The notes under the pieces were generated by a model that saw only the letters and a list, made by a program, of their open reading frames with translations, ran no database searches and was not told the origin of the DNA. A program made the translations under genes and the position numbers. Source: Octopus sinensis (taxonomy: Eukaryota). From it: 64,000 bases of DNA. The stretch lies in contig NC_042997.1 in the NCBI RefSeq assembly GCF_006345805.1, forward strand, positions 15,252,001 through 15,316,000. Reading direction: 5' to 3'. Below, in pieces: positions 13,952 to 27,459 of the stretch; positions within the stretch are counted from its first letter, which is position 1; every line of letters begins with the position of its first letter.

Positions 13952-16164
13952 TAGAAAATAAAAACTGATAACGGTGGTGGTGGGCATGGCGGCGTTTATA
14001 TTGAAATGTCAGAAAGAAGGAATTATAAAAGAGAGAAAGATAATGCTAGCTTGAAAAGAGAAAGGGAGAGAAAGCTTAAGTGTGTGTATAAGACAGGATT
14101 CAAATATGTGAGAGGCTGAGTAAAAATGGGAGTTAATGTAAACATGCAAAAGAAAGAGCAGAAAGTTAAGAGGATGGAAGTGATAGCAGGGTACCATCTG
14201 TTTCAATAAATAAATAAATAAGGCTATAGTAGAAGACACTTGCCTAAGGTGCCACACAGTGGGACTGAACCCAGAACCATGTGGTTGGTAAGTAAGCCAC
14301 TTACCACACAGCCTGTGTATAAGACAATTACAATAAATATGGAGATTAATATATCTGAGTAGACTAGAACAACGTGAAATAAAGTATCTTGTTGAAGGAC
14401 ACAACGCGTCGCCAGGAATTGAACTTATGATCTTATGATTATGAGCCGAATACCCAAAACATTAAGCCACGTGCCTTTATCACCACCATAACTACCATCT
14501 GTTTCAATAAATAAATAAATAAGGCTATAGTAGAAGACACTTGCCCAAGGTGCCACACAGTGGGACTGAACCCAGAACCATGTGGTTGGTAAGCAAGCCA
14601 CTTACCACACAGCCTGTGTATAAGACAATTACAATAAATATGGAGATTAATATATCTGCATATTTTTATGTAAAAAGTACCATTTGAGTGTGGCCAATGC
14701 CAGTGCAGTCTGACTGGCACCTGTGCCGGTGGCTTGTAAAAAGCACCCACCACCCTGTCAGAGTGGTTGGTGTTAGGAAAGGCATCCAGCTGTAGAAACA
14801 TTTGCCAAATCAGATTGGGGCCTGGTGCAGCCTCCCGGTTTACCAGTTCTCAGTCAAACCATCCAACCCATGCCAGCATGGAAAGCAGACGTTAAATGAC
14901 AATGATGATGATGATGCGTGTGTTATATAAAGTTCCAAATAACTGGAATTTCTGCAGTTTCCGCTAGTAATGTTATCAATTAATTACAGACGTAACACTA
15001 TTTATTATTACACTTAATAGCAAAAAATATAATGTCAGAAGAATAATTATGATTTCTGATGTAGACACAAAGCCAACAGTTTCGATGGGAGGGGATAAAT
15101 TGATACTTTCAATTCCAATACTTGACTGGTACTTTATTTTATCAACCCCAGAAGGAGAAATGACAAAGTTGATCTTGGCAGGATTTGAATTTAGAATTGA
15201 AAGACTCAGAAGAAATACATTTTGTTCAATGCTCTAATGATTCTGCTAGCTTTCTCTGCAATTAGTAAATAGCTATAAATCTGGGGAGGGATGCCGTTAA
15301 CTAAATCTTTTGGGTGTCATTGTTCTTTACCCTGAGTTAGCCTGATCAAACAAACCTATGATAAATGCATTCTGGGGGTCATTCAATTTTTATGTATATC
15401 CATGACTTCTTTATCTTGTGCATCCTTCCTTTTTTGTGTCTTTTGAGGACATTTAGCTGCTATATTTAACAGGCTGCACAACCATATAAAGGCTCCTTCA
15501 TTGACTCAAGAACCTTCCTCATTGGCTTAATCTGTTTGGGGTTGTTAATATTAGTACTGGTAAAATACTTCAGTTCCATTCATTATTATTCCTTCCCTGC
15601 AGACATCTGACCTTGTGCTTTACTAAAAAGCTTTATCAATAATGGATAAGTTATATGTAAACATTTTCCTACCAACAATTCTATGTCTGTAAATAGAACT
15701 TTCAATTCTGAGTTCAGATTCCACTGAGGTCGACTTTGCGTTACATCCTTTCGGGGTTGATAAATTAAGTACCAGTGAAATACTGGGGTTGATGTAATTG
15801 ACTAGTCCTCTCCCTCCACAGATTTCAGGCCTTGTACCTATAGTAGAAAGGATTATTATTATTATTATTATTAGGCAGGAAGCTGGTAGAATCATTAACA
15901 TGTTGGATGAAATGCTTAGTGGTATTTCACCTGTCACTACGTTCTGAGTTCAGTTTCTGCTGAGGTCAACTTTGCCTTTCATCCTTTCGAGGTCGATAAA
16001 TTAAGTACCAGTGAAACGCTGGGAGTCAATGTAATTGACTAGCCACCTCCCCCAAAATTTCAGGCTTTGTGCTTGTAGCAAAAAGGCTTATTATTATCAT
16101 TATTATTATTATTATTATTATTATCATTATTATTATTATTATTATTATTATTAATATTATTATT

Positions 16165-16718
16165 GAGTGAGAGAGCAGTTCATGCCATCAAAGTGACACT
16201 GGGGTAAAATATACGAAGCCCAATATACCCATCATGACTACCCGTCTGATAAGGGTACACCAGGCACATGCATCACAACCATATGTGCGCGACATGGTGA
16301 TCTCATATCAAGATAAACAGCACATGACCTTGCAGGTGGGGCCCAGTTAGAATTTTCTTCAGGTTGAGTAGCCCATCCCGCTCAAAAGGTCCCTGAATAA
16401 GGGTTGTTTAAGGATGTTGAAAGAACCACCCATGTTTCCAAAGGTGAATTATTCAAACCCCAAAGAATCCCTCTCAACACATGGCTATGATGCTCCCCCA
16501 CTACTTCTGCTCGTGATCAGAGATGCACATATCGTCAGCCACTAAGGGACATGCTCAACTGGTTAAGGTCAAACAACTGACAAGCAAATCTGTGGTATTG
16601 AGCAGAATATTTGCTGTAGCCCATCTTTTATACCAAGACAAAACAATGTACATGATAACACTTCCAATCAGTTAAGATCAGAAGCCATGAGAGCCACTGC
16701 CTGGTACTGCATCAGGGC
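16165..16718 (-). mobile_element. 554-bp element embedded in (ATT)n, copy 1 (possibly Dong/R4-related)
   Basis: Bounded on both sides by (ATT)n; apparently identical to 16797-17350; no ORF. Confidence 0.6.
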
Positions 16719-16743
16719 ATTATTATTATTATTATTATTATTA

Positions 16744-16796
<53 letters not shown>

Positions 16797-17349
16797 GAGT
16801 GAGAGAGCAGTTCATGCCATCAAAGTGACACTGGGGTAAAATATACGAAGCCCAATATACCCATCATGACTACCCGTCTGATAAGGGTACACCAGGCACA
16901 TGCATCACAACCATATGTGCGCGACATGGTGATCTCATATCAAGATAAACAGCACATGACCTTGCAGGTGGGGCCCAGTTAGAATTTTCTTCAGGTTGAG
17001 TAGCCCATCCCGCTCAAAAGGTCCCTGAATAAGGGTTGTTTAAGGATGTTGAAAGAACCACCCATGTTTCCAAAGGTGAATTATTCAAACCCCAAAGAAT
17101 CCCTCTCAACACATGGCTATGATGCTCCCCCACTACTTCTGCTCGTGATCAGAGATGCACATATCGTCAGCCACTAAGGGACATGCTCAACTGGTTAAGG
17201 TCAAACAACTGACAAGCAAATCTGTGGTATTGAGCAGAATATTTGCTGTAGCCCATCTTTTATACCAAGACAAAACAATGTACATGATAACACTTCCAAT
17301 CAGTTAAGATCAGAAGCCATGAGAGCCACTGCCTGGTACTGCATCAGGG

Positions 17350-17350
<1 letters not shown>
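16797..17350 (-). mobile_element. 554-bp element embedded in (ATT)n, copy 2
   Basis: Direct tandem duplicate of 16165-16718. Confidence 0.6.
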
Positions 17351-17405
<55 letters not shown>

Positions 17406-17986
17406 CATGTATAAAATGATTTCAATGAAAGTAAGGAATTTTAATGGAAATATTTGTATTATTGGAAAGGCAGTAATGCTTGTAGAAAAAAAAAATCAAT
17501 AGGGTGACTGGACATTGACTATAGAAATACTTGGTTTGTTGCTGTAGCTGGCAGTCTTTTTGTTGTTGTTGTTGTTGTTATTTTTAGAGGATTGAAATAG
17601 GAACTTAATAATATTCATATTTTTTTAAAGACTTGACTTGGAATGGTTATGTGTTTACAGAGTTTGTTTCATAACAAAGTAGTTTTCAGTTCGATCTCAG
17701 GGTGGCAATCTTGTGCAAGAGTCTTCCACTATAGTCTTTGGCTAACCAAAGCCTTGTGAGTGTAATTGATAGACAGAAACTGTATGGAACCCTATCATAT
17801 CAGCTTAACAACTGGTGTTGGTGTGTTTACATCCCCATAACTTACCGGTTCGGCAAAAGAGACTGATAGAATAAATACCAGGCTTAAAAAGAAAAAGGAC
17901 TGGGATTGATTCCTTTGACTAAAAAATTCTTTAAGATAGTGTCCCAGCATGGTTGCAGTCTAATGACTGAAACTAGTACTCTCTCT

Positions 17987-18188
17987 TTTCACTCTTTTAC
18001 TTGTTTCGGTCATTTGACTGTGGCCATGCTGGAGCACCGCCTTTAGTCAAGCAAATCGACTCCAGGACTTGTTCTTTGTAAGCCTAGTACTTATTCTATC
18101 AGTCTCTTTTGCTTGGTTATGGGGACGTAAACACACCAGCATCGGTTGTCAAGTGATGTTGAAAGGACAAACACAGCCACACAAACAT

Positions 18189-18219
<31 letters not shown>

Positions 18220-18378
18220 CGACGGGCTTCTTTCAGTTTCCGTCTACCAAATCCACTCACAAGGCTTTGGTCGGCCTGAGGCTATATTAGAAGACACTTG
18301 CCCAAGATGCCATGCAGTGGGACTGAACCCGGAACCGTGTGGCTGGTAAGCAAGCTACTTACAACACAGCCACTCCTG
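17987..18378 (-). mobile_element. tRNA-derived SINE family A
   Basis: Reverse complement of the 8495-8886 family. Confidence 0.85.
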
Positions 18379-19967
18379 TAATAGATAAAAGATAAAAAAA
18401 TTTTATATGGTGCCAAAACAATGGTACACAAATCCATACATACACAAATAACAGCGTCTTTCACTTTCTGTTTATCAAACCCACTCACAAGACTGGTTAA
18501 CCCAAATTTCCACCTTTTCATCTTAGAAAAAGAAGGAAACATTGGATAATGTTGTCCAAGATACACTGTGTCAGAAAGAAAAAATGCAATGGTAATGTTG
18601 TAACTTGATGCCCTTCCTATTGCCAACCACTTTACAGTGTTGTGTCCATTTTATTGTGGTATAAACATTAAAGAGGATGTCTTTTTTACTACTTAGTCAG
18701 GAAAAGAAGAGTAGTACCCATGACCCTTGTCTTTTCAAGGTCTCTGAGAGTGGTGAAATGAAGGAAGGAATTTAACCTCAGAACTGAGAGCTGGCCTGAA
18801 TATTTGCAACACAGTGGACTTTGCTAACGGCATCCAAGAACCAGGTGTTGGTGTTAAAATACACACACATGAATGTTGTTGACAAGGAGATTGAATAGAA
18901 GCAACTTGACTGGGAGGATGAAAGAAGATGGAGTGTTGAATGAGAACCAGAATGATAGAAGAGAAACAGTGAGAGGTTGATGGTGGAGAGGATAATTGAA
19001 GAGAGATGGGGAGAGCAATACTGGATGGTCTTTTTTTTATCTGTTACTTGGTCTTAAATTCATTTATATCTTATTCCAGTTTTCACTGTTGCATGTAGTT
19101 GAAAGATATTTGGGGATATTTCTCCTGGATGGCACAGAACTAAAAAGATTAAAGCACAGTTTTGAATGCATACAAAATACTTAACTTAATATTGGTTTCA
19201 AATTTTGACACAAAGTCAGCAATTTCAGGGAAGGGATTAAGTCAATTACATTGATCCCAGTGCTCAACTGGTACTTGTTTTGTCAACCCTGAAAGTATGA
19301 AAGACAAAGTTGACCCTACAGAATTTGAATTCAAAGCATAAAGATGGACAAAATACCATTAAGCATTTTACCCAACATGTTAATGATTTTGGCCAGCTAT
19401 ATAGGGATATTGCTCTTCCTGTCTACAGTAGTAAGAACTGTTTACAGCTTAGCAGACTGAGCTTTTGAGATTCTGAGAGATGTTTTACTCACACAGCATA
19501 AATTAGTGACTAGGTATTTAGTACAAGCAAGTTAATTTCATATTAGTGGAGTTTATTATTCAGTTTCATCTAGTGTATGGAGGAAAGGTAGCTTTAATAT
19601 CCAAGGTTTTAAACTAGTAATTCCAAGGGTTCAAGATTAAGAAAATGTTATAAACAGTACTGGGCACATTCTTCTATCTGATCCACCAAAATTTAATTGA
19701 AATATATCTCTCTCCCTTCAAAAGTGAGAAGCACCTAATTTAGTTGTAGTTAAACATGTCACTCTCATTGTAATTTAAGAACTATCACTCAGGCAACACA
19801 CTCACTTAATTGAATTATATGTGATATTCCAACTCAAGTTGAGTTGTATGTAGCTCACCTTCTTCAGGTCAGTTATGTGTAACACTCCCAGGCAGAACTG
19901 AGTTATAGGTTATCGCTAATTTTATTGGCCTTGGGATGGACATCTATAAACTTGAAGATCTATTTAA

Positions 19968-20623
19968 CCCTTTAACATTAAGATTACTCTTTCAAATGTA
20001 ATGCTTATTTAGTCACATTGTTTTGAAATTAATCATGCATTATCTTGTAGCTTTGAGATTTTGATGATGTAACTGTTTATTTTTAGAATGACTTTGTTGG
20101 GTAGGTATGATGGGCTGGATCTAACCTGTTTGAACATAAAACATATTCTGGGCCTAAAAATCAAAATCAAAATCAAAATCGATCAACATCAATGGAAATT
20201 GTAGCTGTGATACCAGTGCCGATAGCACGTAAGAGAACCATCCGAACATGGCTGTTGCCAGCGCTGCCCCGACTGGCCTCCGTGCCGGTGGCACATAAAA
20301 TACACCATCCGATTGTGGCCGTTGCCAGCCTCGTCTGGCCCTGTGCCGGTGGCTCGTAAAAAGCACCATCCGATCGTGGCCGTTTGCCAGCCTCATCTGG
20401 CACCTGTGCAGGTGACACGTAAAAAGCACCCACTACACTCACGGAGTGGTTGGCGTTAGGAAGGGCATCCAGCTGTAGAAAGACTGCCAGATCAGACTGG
20501 GCCTGGCGCAGCCTTCTGGCTTCCCAGACCCCAGTTGAACCGTCCAACCCATGCTAGCATGGAAAACGGACGTTTAACGATGATGATGATGATGATGATA
20601 CAGCCAGTTTAAATGCTAAGGGG
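19968..20623. mobile_element. piggyBac-like MITE interrupted by an RTE 3' fragment (~20156-20598)
   Basis: TTAA-CCCTTTA...TAAGGGG-TTAA ends; same family as 58542-58762 and 61495-61715. Confidence 0.7.
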
Positions 20624-21160
20624 TTAATGGATGTGAATGTTCTCTAAAATCATTTCTAGATAACAAACAAACCATAATAAAATGTTGTTGTTTGGTCCCA
20701 AGTCAGTTAGGTCTCTGACTAAGCAGGTTTCTCATCAAAGGAATCCATCTTATCTCTATTTGGCATTATTTTTTTTTTCTCAGGAATAGTATACCCTAGA
20801 TTACATTATCCAATGTTTTCTTTTCTTTTAAAACAGTATGATGTGACATGAGGAAGATTTTGCTGCTATTTATGGCAAGTTGAACAACTATATAGAAGCT
20901 CCCTAGAGACCCCCTTGAGTTTTTTTGTTTTATCTGTTGGTATTAAAAATAATATTCCATCAGTCAGAAAGAAAAACATTGTAGGCAAACTCTGGTTGAC
21001 TAAATATTACCATGGGGACATTTTAATTCACGCATGTTTGTACAAAAAGTTTAATTCTGTTCTTGTCTGTTAATTCTAGATTTTGTGGTCGAGAAGTACA
21101 TGTTCCTACAGATATAATAGCAGTCAGTCTAGTGCCAGTAACTTTTACTTAAGAAAAGTT

Positions 21161-21381
21161 GGCGATCTTTCGGTACAAGTACCATAACTGCCAATTATAA
21201 ACCCACGTGGGTTTATTTACATTTCTGAAGAAAAAAGAAACCTTTTTCCACCACCTCTAACCCTAACCCTAACCCCACATATATAAAAAAAAAAAAAAAA
21301 CTTTACGGGATGTGACGATCTTCTTCTTCAAATGTAAACAAACAGACTTGGCAGTTATGGTACTTGTACCGAAAGATCGCC
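21161..21381. mobile_element. MITE with 34-bp perfect TIRs and 8-bp TSD (Merlin-like)
   Basis: TIR GGCGATCTTTCGGTACAAGTACCATAACTGCCAA; TSD GAAAAGTT at 21153-21160 and 21382-21389. Confidence 0.85.
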
Positions 21382-21663
21382 GAAAAGTTTTATTTCAGGC
21401 ACTACAGAAATCACTGAAGCAGTCTTCAGTTTAACAGAGTTATCACTTCTTACGGTGGGGGCTGTTATGTCTGCACAGACATAAACTGGATCATTGAAAC
21501 CTAAATGTCTAGGTCACAGATACAGCAAAGTATCGGTGATGGAAGGATATGAGCTGTTGACTACATTCTTGGCTATTGCCATTTTCTACTCACCATTTCT
21601 GAAAGAAACTCCTTTTTTATATCTATTGAAGATTATATCTAATTTTTCTTCTTTTCATTTTAG

Positions 21664-21732
21664 GGTCCTGAACTCATGAAAAAAGCAGGCGGCCTTCATG
21701 AATTTATGAGCTGGGACAGGAATTTATTAACT
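21664..21732 (+). CDS. QTRT1: QTRT1 exon ([23 protein letters not shown])
   Basis: tttag|GGT...ACT|gtaagt; 69 nt, phase 0/0. Confidence 0.95.
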
Positions 21733-24700
21733 GTAAGTGATTTATATTGGTATTAATAACATTTGTACTCTTTGTTAGTTTTACCAATTTCAGCTTTTAA
21801 ATAAATTTTTCATTTCAGAATTTGGTTTGCAAGATTCTTTATATGAGTTTGTGTGTTGAAGCATATTCTGTTGTGTCTGGGGAGAGTCATTCTCTTTTAG
21901 TGCCTTATTATTTAACACACTCACCGGTAAAATTTCCACTTATTTCTTATTTTTATTTTCCTAAAATTTTAGTTGCGTCTTGCAACCTTTTCAATAGTCT
22001 TGACTCTTTTAAATAAATGTGTTGTTGAGTAGATGAGGTTGTAGTGATTGTGCCAAAATCTTGATATTTTAGGAAGAACATACTCAGATTGTTCTCTGTT
22101 GTTTATCCCAAGTTCATAAAAAGACTTGGATTCAATTCTACAAAGTAACAGGTACTGGAGATATCAACTGGTATCAGGTCACTCTTCAGTGCCACTGGTA
22201 ACATGTAACCCAGTACAACCTGTCACATGGTCAAGTCATTGGCAACTAACATGGCCAAAGTCCAAAGATTGAAACAAGTAAAAGATAAAAGAAAATTATA
22301 ACATTGATTATGCTCCCACAGTGGAGGTGCATGGCTTAGTGGTTAGGGTGTCAGCATCATGATCGTAAGATTGTGGTTTCGATTCCTGGACCGGGCGACG
22401 CGTTGTGTTCTTGAGCAAAACACTTCATTTCACGTTGCTGCAGTCCATTCAGCTGGCAAAAATGAGTAACGCTGTGATGGACTGGCGTCCCGTCTAGCTG
22501 GGGAACACATACGCTATTGAAACCAGGCCCATGAGCCTGGCTAGGCTTTAAAAGGGCGCATTTATTATTACTATTATGCTCCCACTACTTATCGCTGCTT
22601 CTTTTGTTGTTGCTGGGTAAAGCTGGTCACGTTTGCTTGAAGAGAGTTAGGATTTTAAAAAAAAGTGTAATTCTTTATGACTTAGATGTAAAAATGTGTC
22701 TGCAGAGCTGGAAAGAAGGAAGTTATCCTTGCAACACACTGGTCTCATAAAAGGCACCCAAGGACCATATGATTGTGTTAAACCTGATGCTGGGTTAAGT
22801 CTATAACTGACTGAAAAATGCATTTAATTGGTGCTTCCTGATGAATCTTTCTAATTTTTACAGCCTCCATCTTATTTTAAGATTTTACTATGTGCATTAG
22901 GTTTAGAGTAGGTACATTGTACCTACATATTGTAAGAGCTAACTAAATGATTTGGCAACTGCCTCAGAAAAACTATCCAATTCATACCAGATCTAAAACG
23001 ATAATGTTAATTACTGTCTTAAGATTCAGGGGCTTAGCCTTTTCGTTACCAACCCAGCCAAAACCAGCTCTGGCTCTGTAGTACAAATGTCTTGTTTACA
23101 AAAATTCTGAATTAAAATCTTCCACCAAACCTTAATCACAATTTATGTTTCTAACACTAGCTGAATAATAACTTAGTTGTTTTTTCTAAATTCTTTGTTA
23201 TATTTAAAGCAATTGAAAGAAACTGAAAGCATCTCAAAATATATACAGTAACGAAAGGGTTAAATTGTGTGAATAGGGAGTTCATTGAGGGAAATCTGGC
23301 TAATGTATTAAACAGGTCAAACAACTACCTAGATGTTTTACTCTGCTTCTGATGAAGTAAGTTGAACATGATGGCATGATTACAGTACAGAACCAGTGAC
23401 AAGATGCCTGTCATCTACCTTTAAATTCTATTGTTGTTATAATGTGCATTTATTGTAAATTTAAATAACTTGAATAAAAATGGCATTATAATGTGCATTT
23501 ATTGTAAATTTAAATAACTTGAATAAAAATGGCATAACTTCTTTCTGAAATTTATCATATTGTTTACATCTGTTTAGGACAGTGGTGGCTTTCAGATGGT
23601 GTCTCTACTAAAGTTAGCCAAAATTACTGAAGAAGGAGTAGAATTCCAATCACCTCATGATGAAACTATGATGCTATTAACTCCAGAGAGATCAATTGAA
23701 ATTCAGAATGCACTTGGTAAAAACAGTTTTATAAAATATTTCGATTTTGGATTTGGTTTGCAAGATTCTTTATATGAGTTTGTGTGTTGAAGCATATTCT
23801 GTTTTGTCTGGGAAGAATCATTTTCTTTTTGTGCCTTATAATTTAACACACTCACCGATAAAATTTCCAATTATTTCTTTTTTTTTTTTCCTAAGACTAT
23901 TGAAAAGGTTGCAAGATGCAACTAAAATTTTAGGAAAATAAAAATAAGAAATAACTAGAAATTTTACCAGTGAGTGTGTTAAATTATAAGGCACAAAAAT
24001 AAAATGATTTTCCCCAGACACAACAGTTTTTTAAGACCTTTAGCTTTTACTAGCAATTCATTTACCTTGTGGTTGTGTACTTTTAAAAGTGGCTCCTCTA
24101 TTTTAGCTTTTGTATTATTCTTTTTTCGTTTTTTTTTGTATATTTCCACTCATATTTCATAAAAGACTAAGTACTGGCTTGGATGTGTGATTAAGACGCT
24201 CACTTTGCAACCATGTGGTTTTAAGTTCAGTTCCACTGCATGGCATCTTGGGCAAGTATCTCCTAGCATAGTTCTAGGCTAACCAATGCTTTGTGAGTAG
24301 ATTTGGTAGACAGAAACTACATAGAAGCCTATTGTGTGTGTATACATATATATATCATGTGATCACTGTGAACGACCAGGCCATCAGATGTTGCTACACA
24401 TTGCTGGTCACAATGCGCTTCACATTGTTTTAGCTTTCAATGACACCACCCTGCTGGCTAAGCGAGCAGGCCAACAGAAGAAAGAGTGAGAGAAAGCTGT
24501 GGTGAAAGAGTACAGCAGGGATCACCACCACCCCCTGCCGGAGCCTCATGAAGATTTAGGTGTTTACGCTCAATAAATACTCACAATGACCGGTCTGGGA
24601 ATCGAAACCGCGATCCTACGACCGTGAGTACGCTGCCCTAACCACTGGGCCATTGCGCCTCCACACACACACACACACATATATGGAAATCGTAGTTGTG

Positions 24701-25310
24701 GTTGATGCCAGTGCTGCCTGACTGGCTCCCCATGCTGGTGGCACATAAAAAGCACCGTCCAAACATGGTCAATGCCAGTGCCGCCTGACTGGTTCCTGTG
24801 CCAGTGGCACATAAAAAGCAACCACTACACTCTCGGAGTGGTTGGTGTTTGGAAGGGTATCCAGCTGTAGAAACCTTGCCAGATCAGATTGGAGCCTGGT
24901 GCAGCTTCCTGGCTTGCCAGTCCTCAGTCAAACCGTCCAACCCATGCCAGTATGGAAAACAGACGTTAAACGATGATGATGATGATATATATATATTTTG
25001 TGTGTGTGTGTGATTGTATTTGTGTCTGTATTTGCCCCATCCTACCACCTGACAATTGATGTTGGTTAGGTTACATCCCAATATTGTGGCAGTTTTTGTC
25101 AGTAATACTCTTTTACTCTTTTACTTGTTTCAGTCATTTGACTGCGGCCATGCTGGAGCACCGCCTGTAGTCGAGCAAATTGACCCCGGGACTTATTCTT
25201 TGTAAGCCCAGTACTTATTCTATCGGTCTCTTTTGCCAAACCGCTAAGTGACGGGGACGTAAACACACCAGCATCGGTTGTCAAGCAATGCTAGGGGGAC
25301 AAACACAGAT

Positions 25311-25363
<53 letters not shown>

Positions 25364-27397
25364 TACGACAGGCTTCTTTCAGTTTCCGTCTACCAAATCC
25401 ACTCACAAGGCATTGGTCGGCCTAGCAGAAGATGCCATGCAGTGGGACTGAACCCGGAACCATGTGATTGGTTAGCAAGCTACTTACCACACAGCCACTC
25501 CTGCGCCTATATAATAGAGTCAATTTATTCAACTAAAATCCTCTAAATCAATGCCCTAGTATGGTTACAGTCCAGTGACTGAGGCAACTAAAAGACTAAA
25601 AATGAAATATAAATATAACAAAAATTTCAGCAAATTTGAGTAAGTGGAACAAATGATTTTTTACACATAGTTTCGTTGCTTATAACATTACTTAGTGGCT
25701 CAGAGTTATTTAGGTCAGTGATTTTCAATCTTTTTTTTTTCTCCCTTATGCTTTTAGTGAGATATTTTATTATAAATACTCACAACAATTCTGTGCTGAA
25801 GCAAGAACGAAATTTTGTCTAGGCATAAGTTTATACTATTAACACCAACATAAAACCAAGTGTACCACGCCCTAAATTTTGATTTCTTTGTGGCTGCTAT
25901 TTCATTTCACATATATTATGTATATATTAATTTTGTCACATACATTATTCTGTCTAGTTTTTCCTTCTATATAAAGCAAAAGATTTGTGCCTGTTTAATA
26001 AGTCAATGTTAAATGTTTAAACTCTTTTTTTCCATGCACAGACATGGCTTGTAGGTGCAGACGTGGCTGTTTGGCTAAGAAGCTCACTTTGTATCCAACA
26101 TAGTTTCAGGTTCAGTCCCACTACACAGCACTTAGGGCAAATGTTTTTTAGTTTAGCCCTGGACCATCAAATGCTTTGTGAGTGAATTTGGTAGATGGAA
26201 ACTGAGGAAGCTTGTCATACATGTGTGTATATATATATATATATATATAGGCATAGGAGTGGCTGTGTGGTAAGTAGCTTGCTTATGAACCACATGGTTC
26301 CAGGTTCAGTTCCACTGCACGGCACCTTGGGCAAGTGTCTTCTACTATAGCCTCGGGATGACCAACGCCTTGTGAGTGGATTTAGTAGACGGAAACTGAA
26401 AGATGCCCGTCATATATATGTATGTGTGTGTATATGTTTGTGTGTCTGTGTTTCCCCCCCCCCCACCTCCAACACCACTTGACAACTGATGCTGGTGTGT
26501 TTATGTCCCTGTAACTTAGCGGTTCAGCAAAAGAGACCGATAGAATAAGTACTATGTTTACAAAGAATAAGTTCTGGGGTCGATTTGCTTGACTAAAGGC
26601 GGTGCTCCAGCATGGCCACAGTCACATGACTGAAACAAGTAAAAGAATATATATGTGTATATATACAAGATAAGAAAATGGAGAAATACATCTAAATCAA
26701 ATATCAATTATCAGATAATACTCAATCACATACTTTATTAAACCACCACATAAGAGACTGTAGGGTTAAACATAGAAAAAAAGCAGAGCAAATCAGTGTA
26801 CACAAAGGAATGTACATAAAAAAGTGTAAAAGAGTAATGTTGTATAATAAGTAGAATATATATAAAAAAGAGAATATAAATATAAGTAAATATAAATATA
26901 AGTATAGATTACATCTTACAGCTGTTTCAGCCATGTAGATAAGTATGTCTCATTTTACCAATATTAGCCTTTTATGGTAATAGCAAATAAGAAAATGGAG
27001 AAGGATAATAGGTGGTTCATCAACTTTTAAACATTGAATTATGTTAACTTATTTATTTATTTGCTAAACTGATAATTACATCTTATATGTAAATAATAAT
27101 ATGTTACATGTAATGTATGTTATTGTAATTATCAATGTAGTAAATAAATAGATAAGTTAACACAATTTAACGTCTAAAAGTTGATGAACCACCTATTATC
27201 CTCCTCCATTTTCTTATTTGCTCTATAAATTAATGGTAAAATATCTCTGTACCTTCACCCATTTAGTACACTAGGTAATGTAATTGCATTGCAATAAAAA
27301 ACACTTGTATATTAATAATTGGGTATTCTACCAGTAGTATACTGGATAGATATTATCCCTTAGTGGATTGGTTTCCCAACCTCTAGCTTTCTTAGAG

Positions 27398-27459
<62 letters not shown>

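Noticed and set aside
16440-16718. Possible HDV-like or hammerhead ribozyme at the end of the (ATT)n-embedded element
   Set aside because: I could not fit the nested double pseudoknot or a CUGANGA/GAAA core by eye.
20230-20440. CRISPR-like appearance of the repeated GTGCCGGTGGCACGTAAAAAGCACC with intervening sequence
   Set aside because: The spacers are homologous to each other, the context is eukaryotic and there are no cas genes; this is LINE 3' UTR tandem structure.
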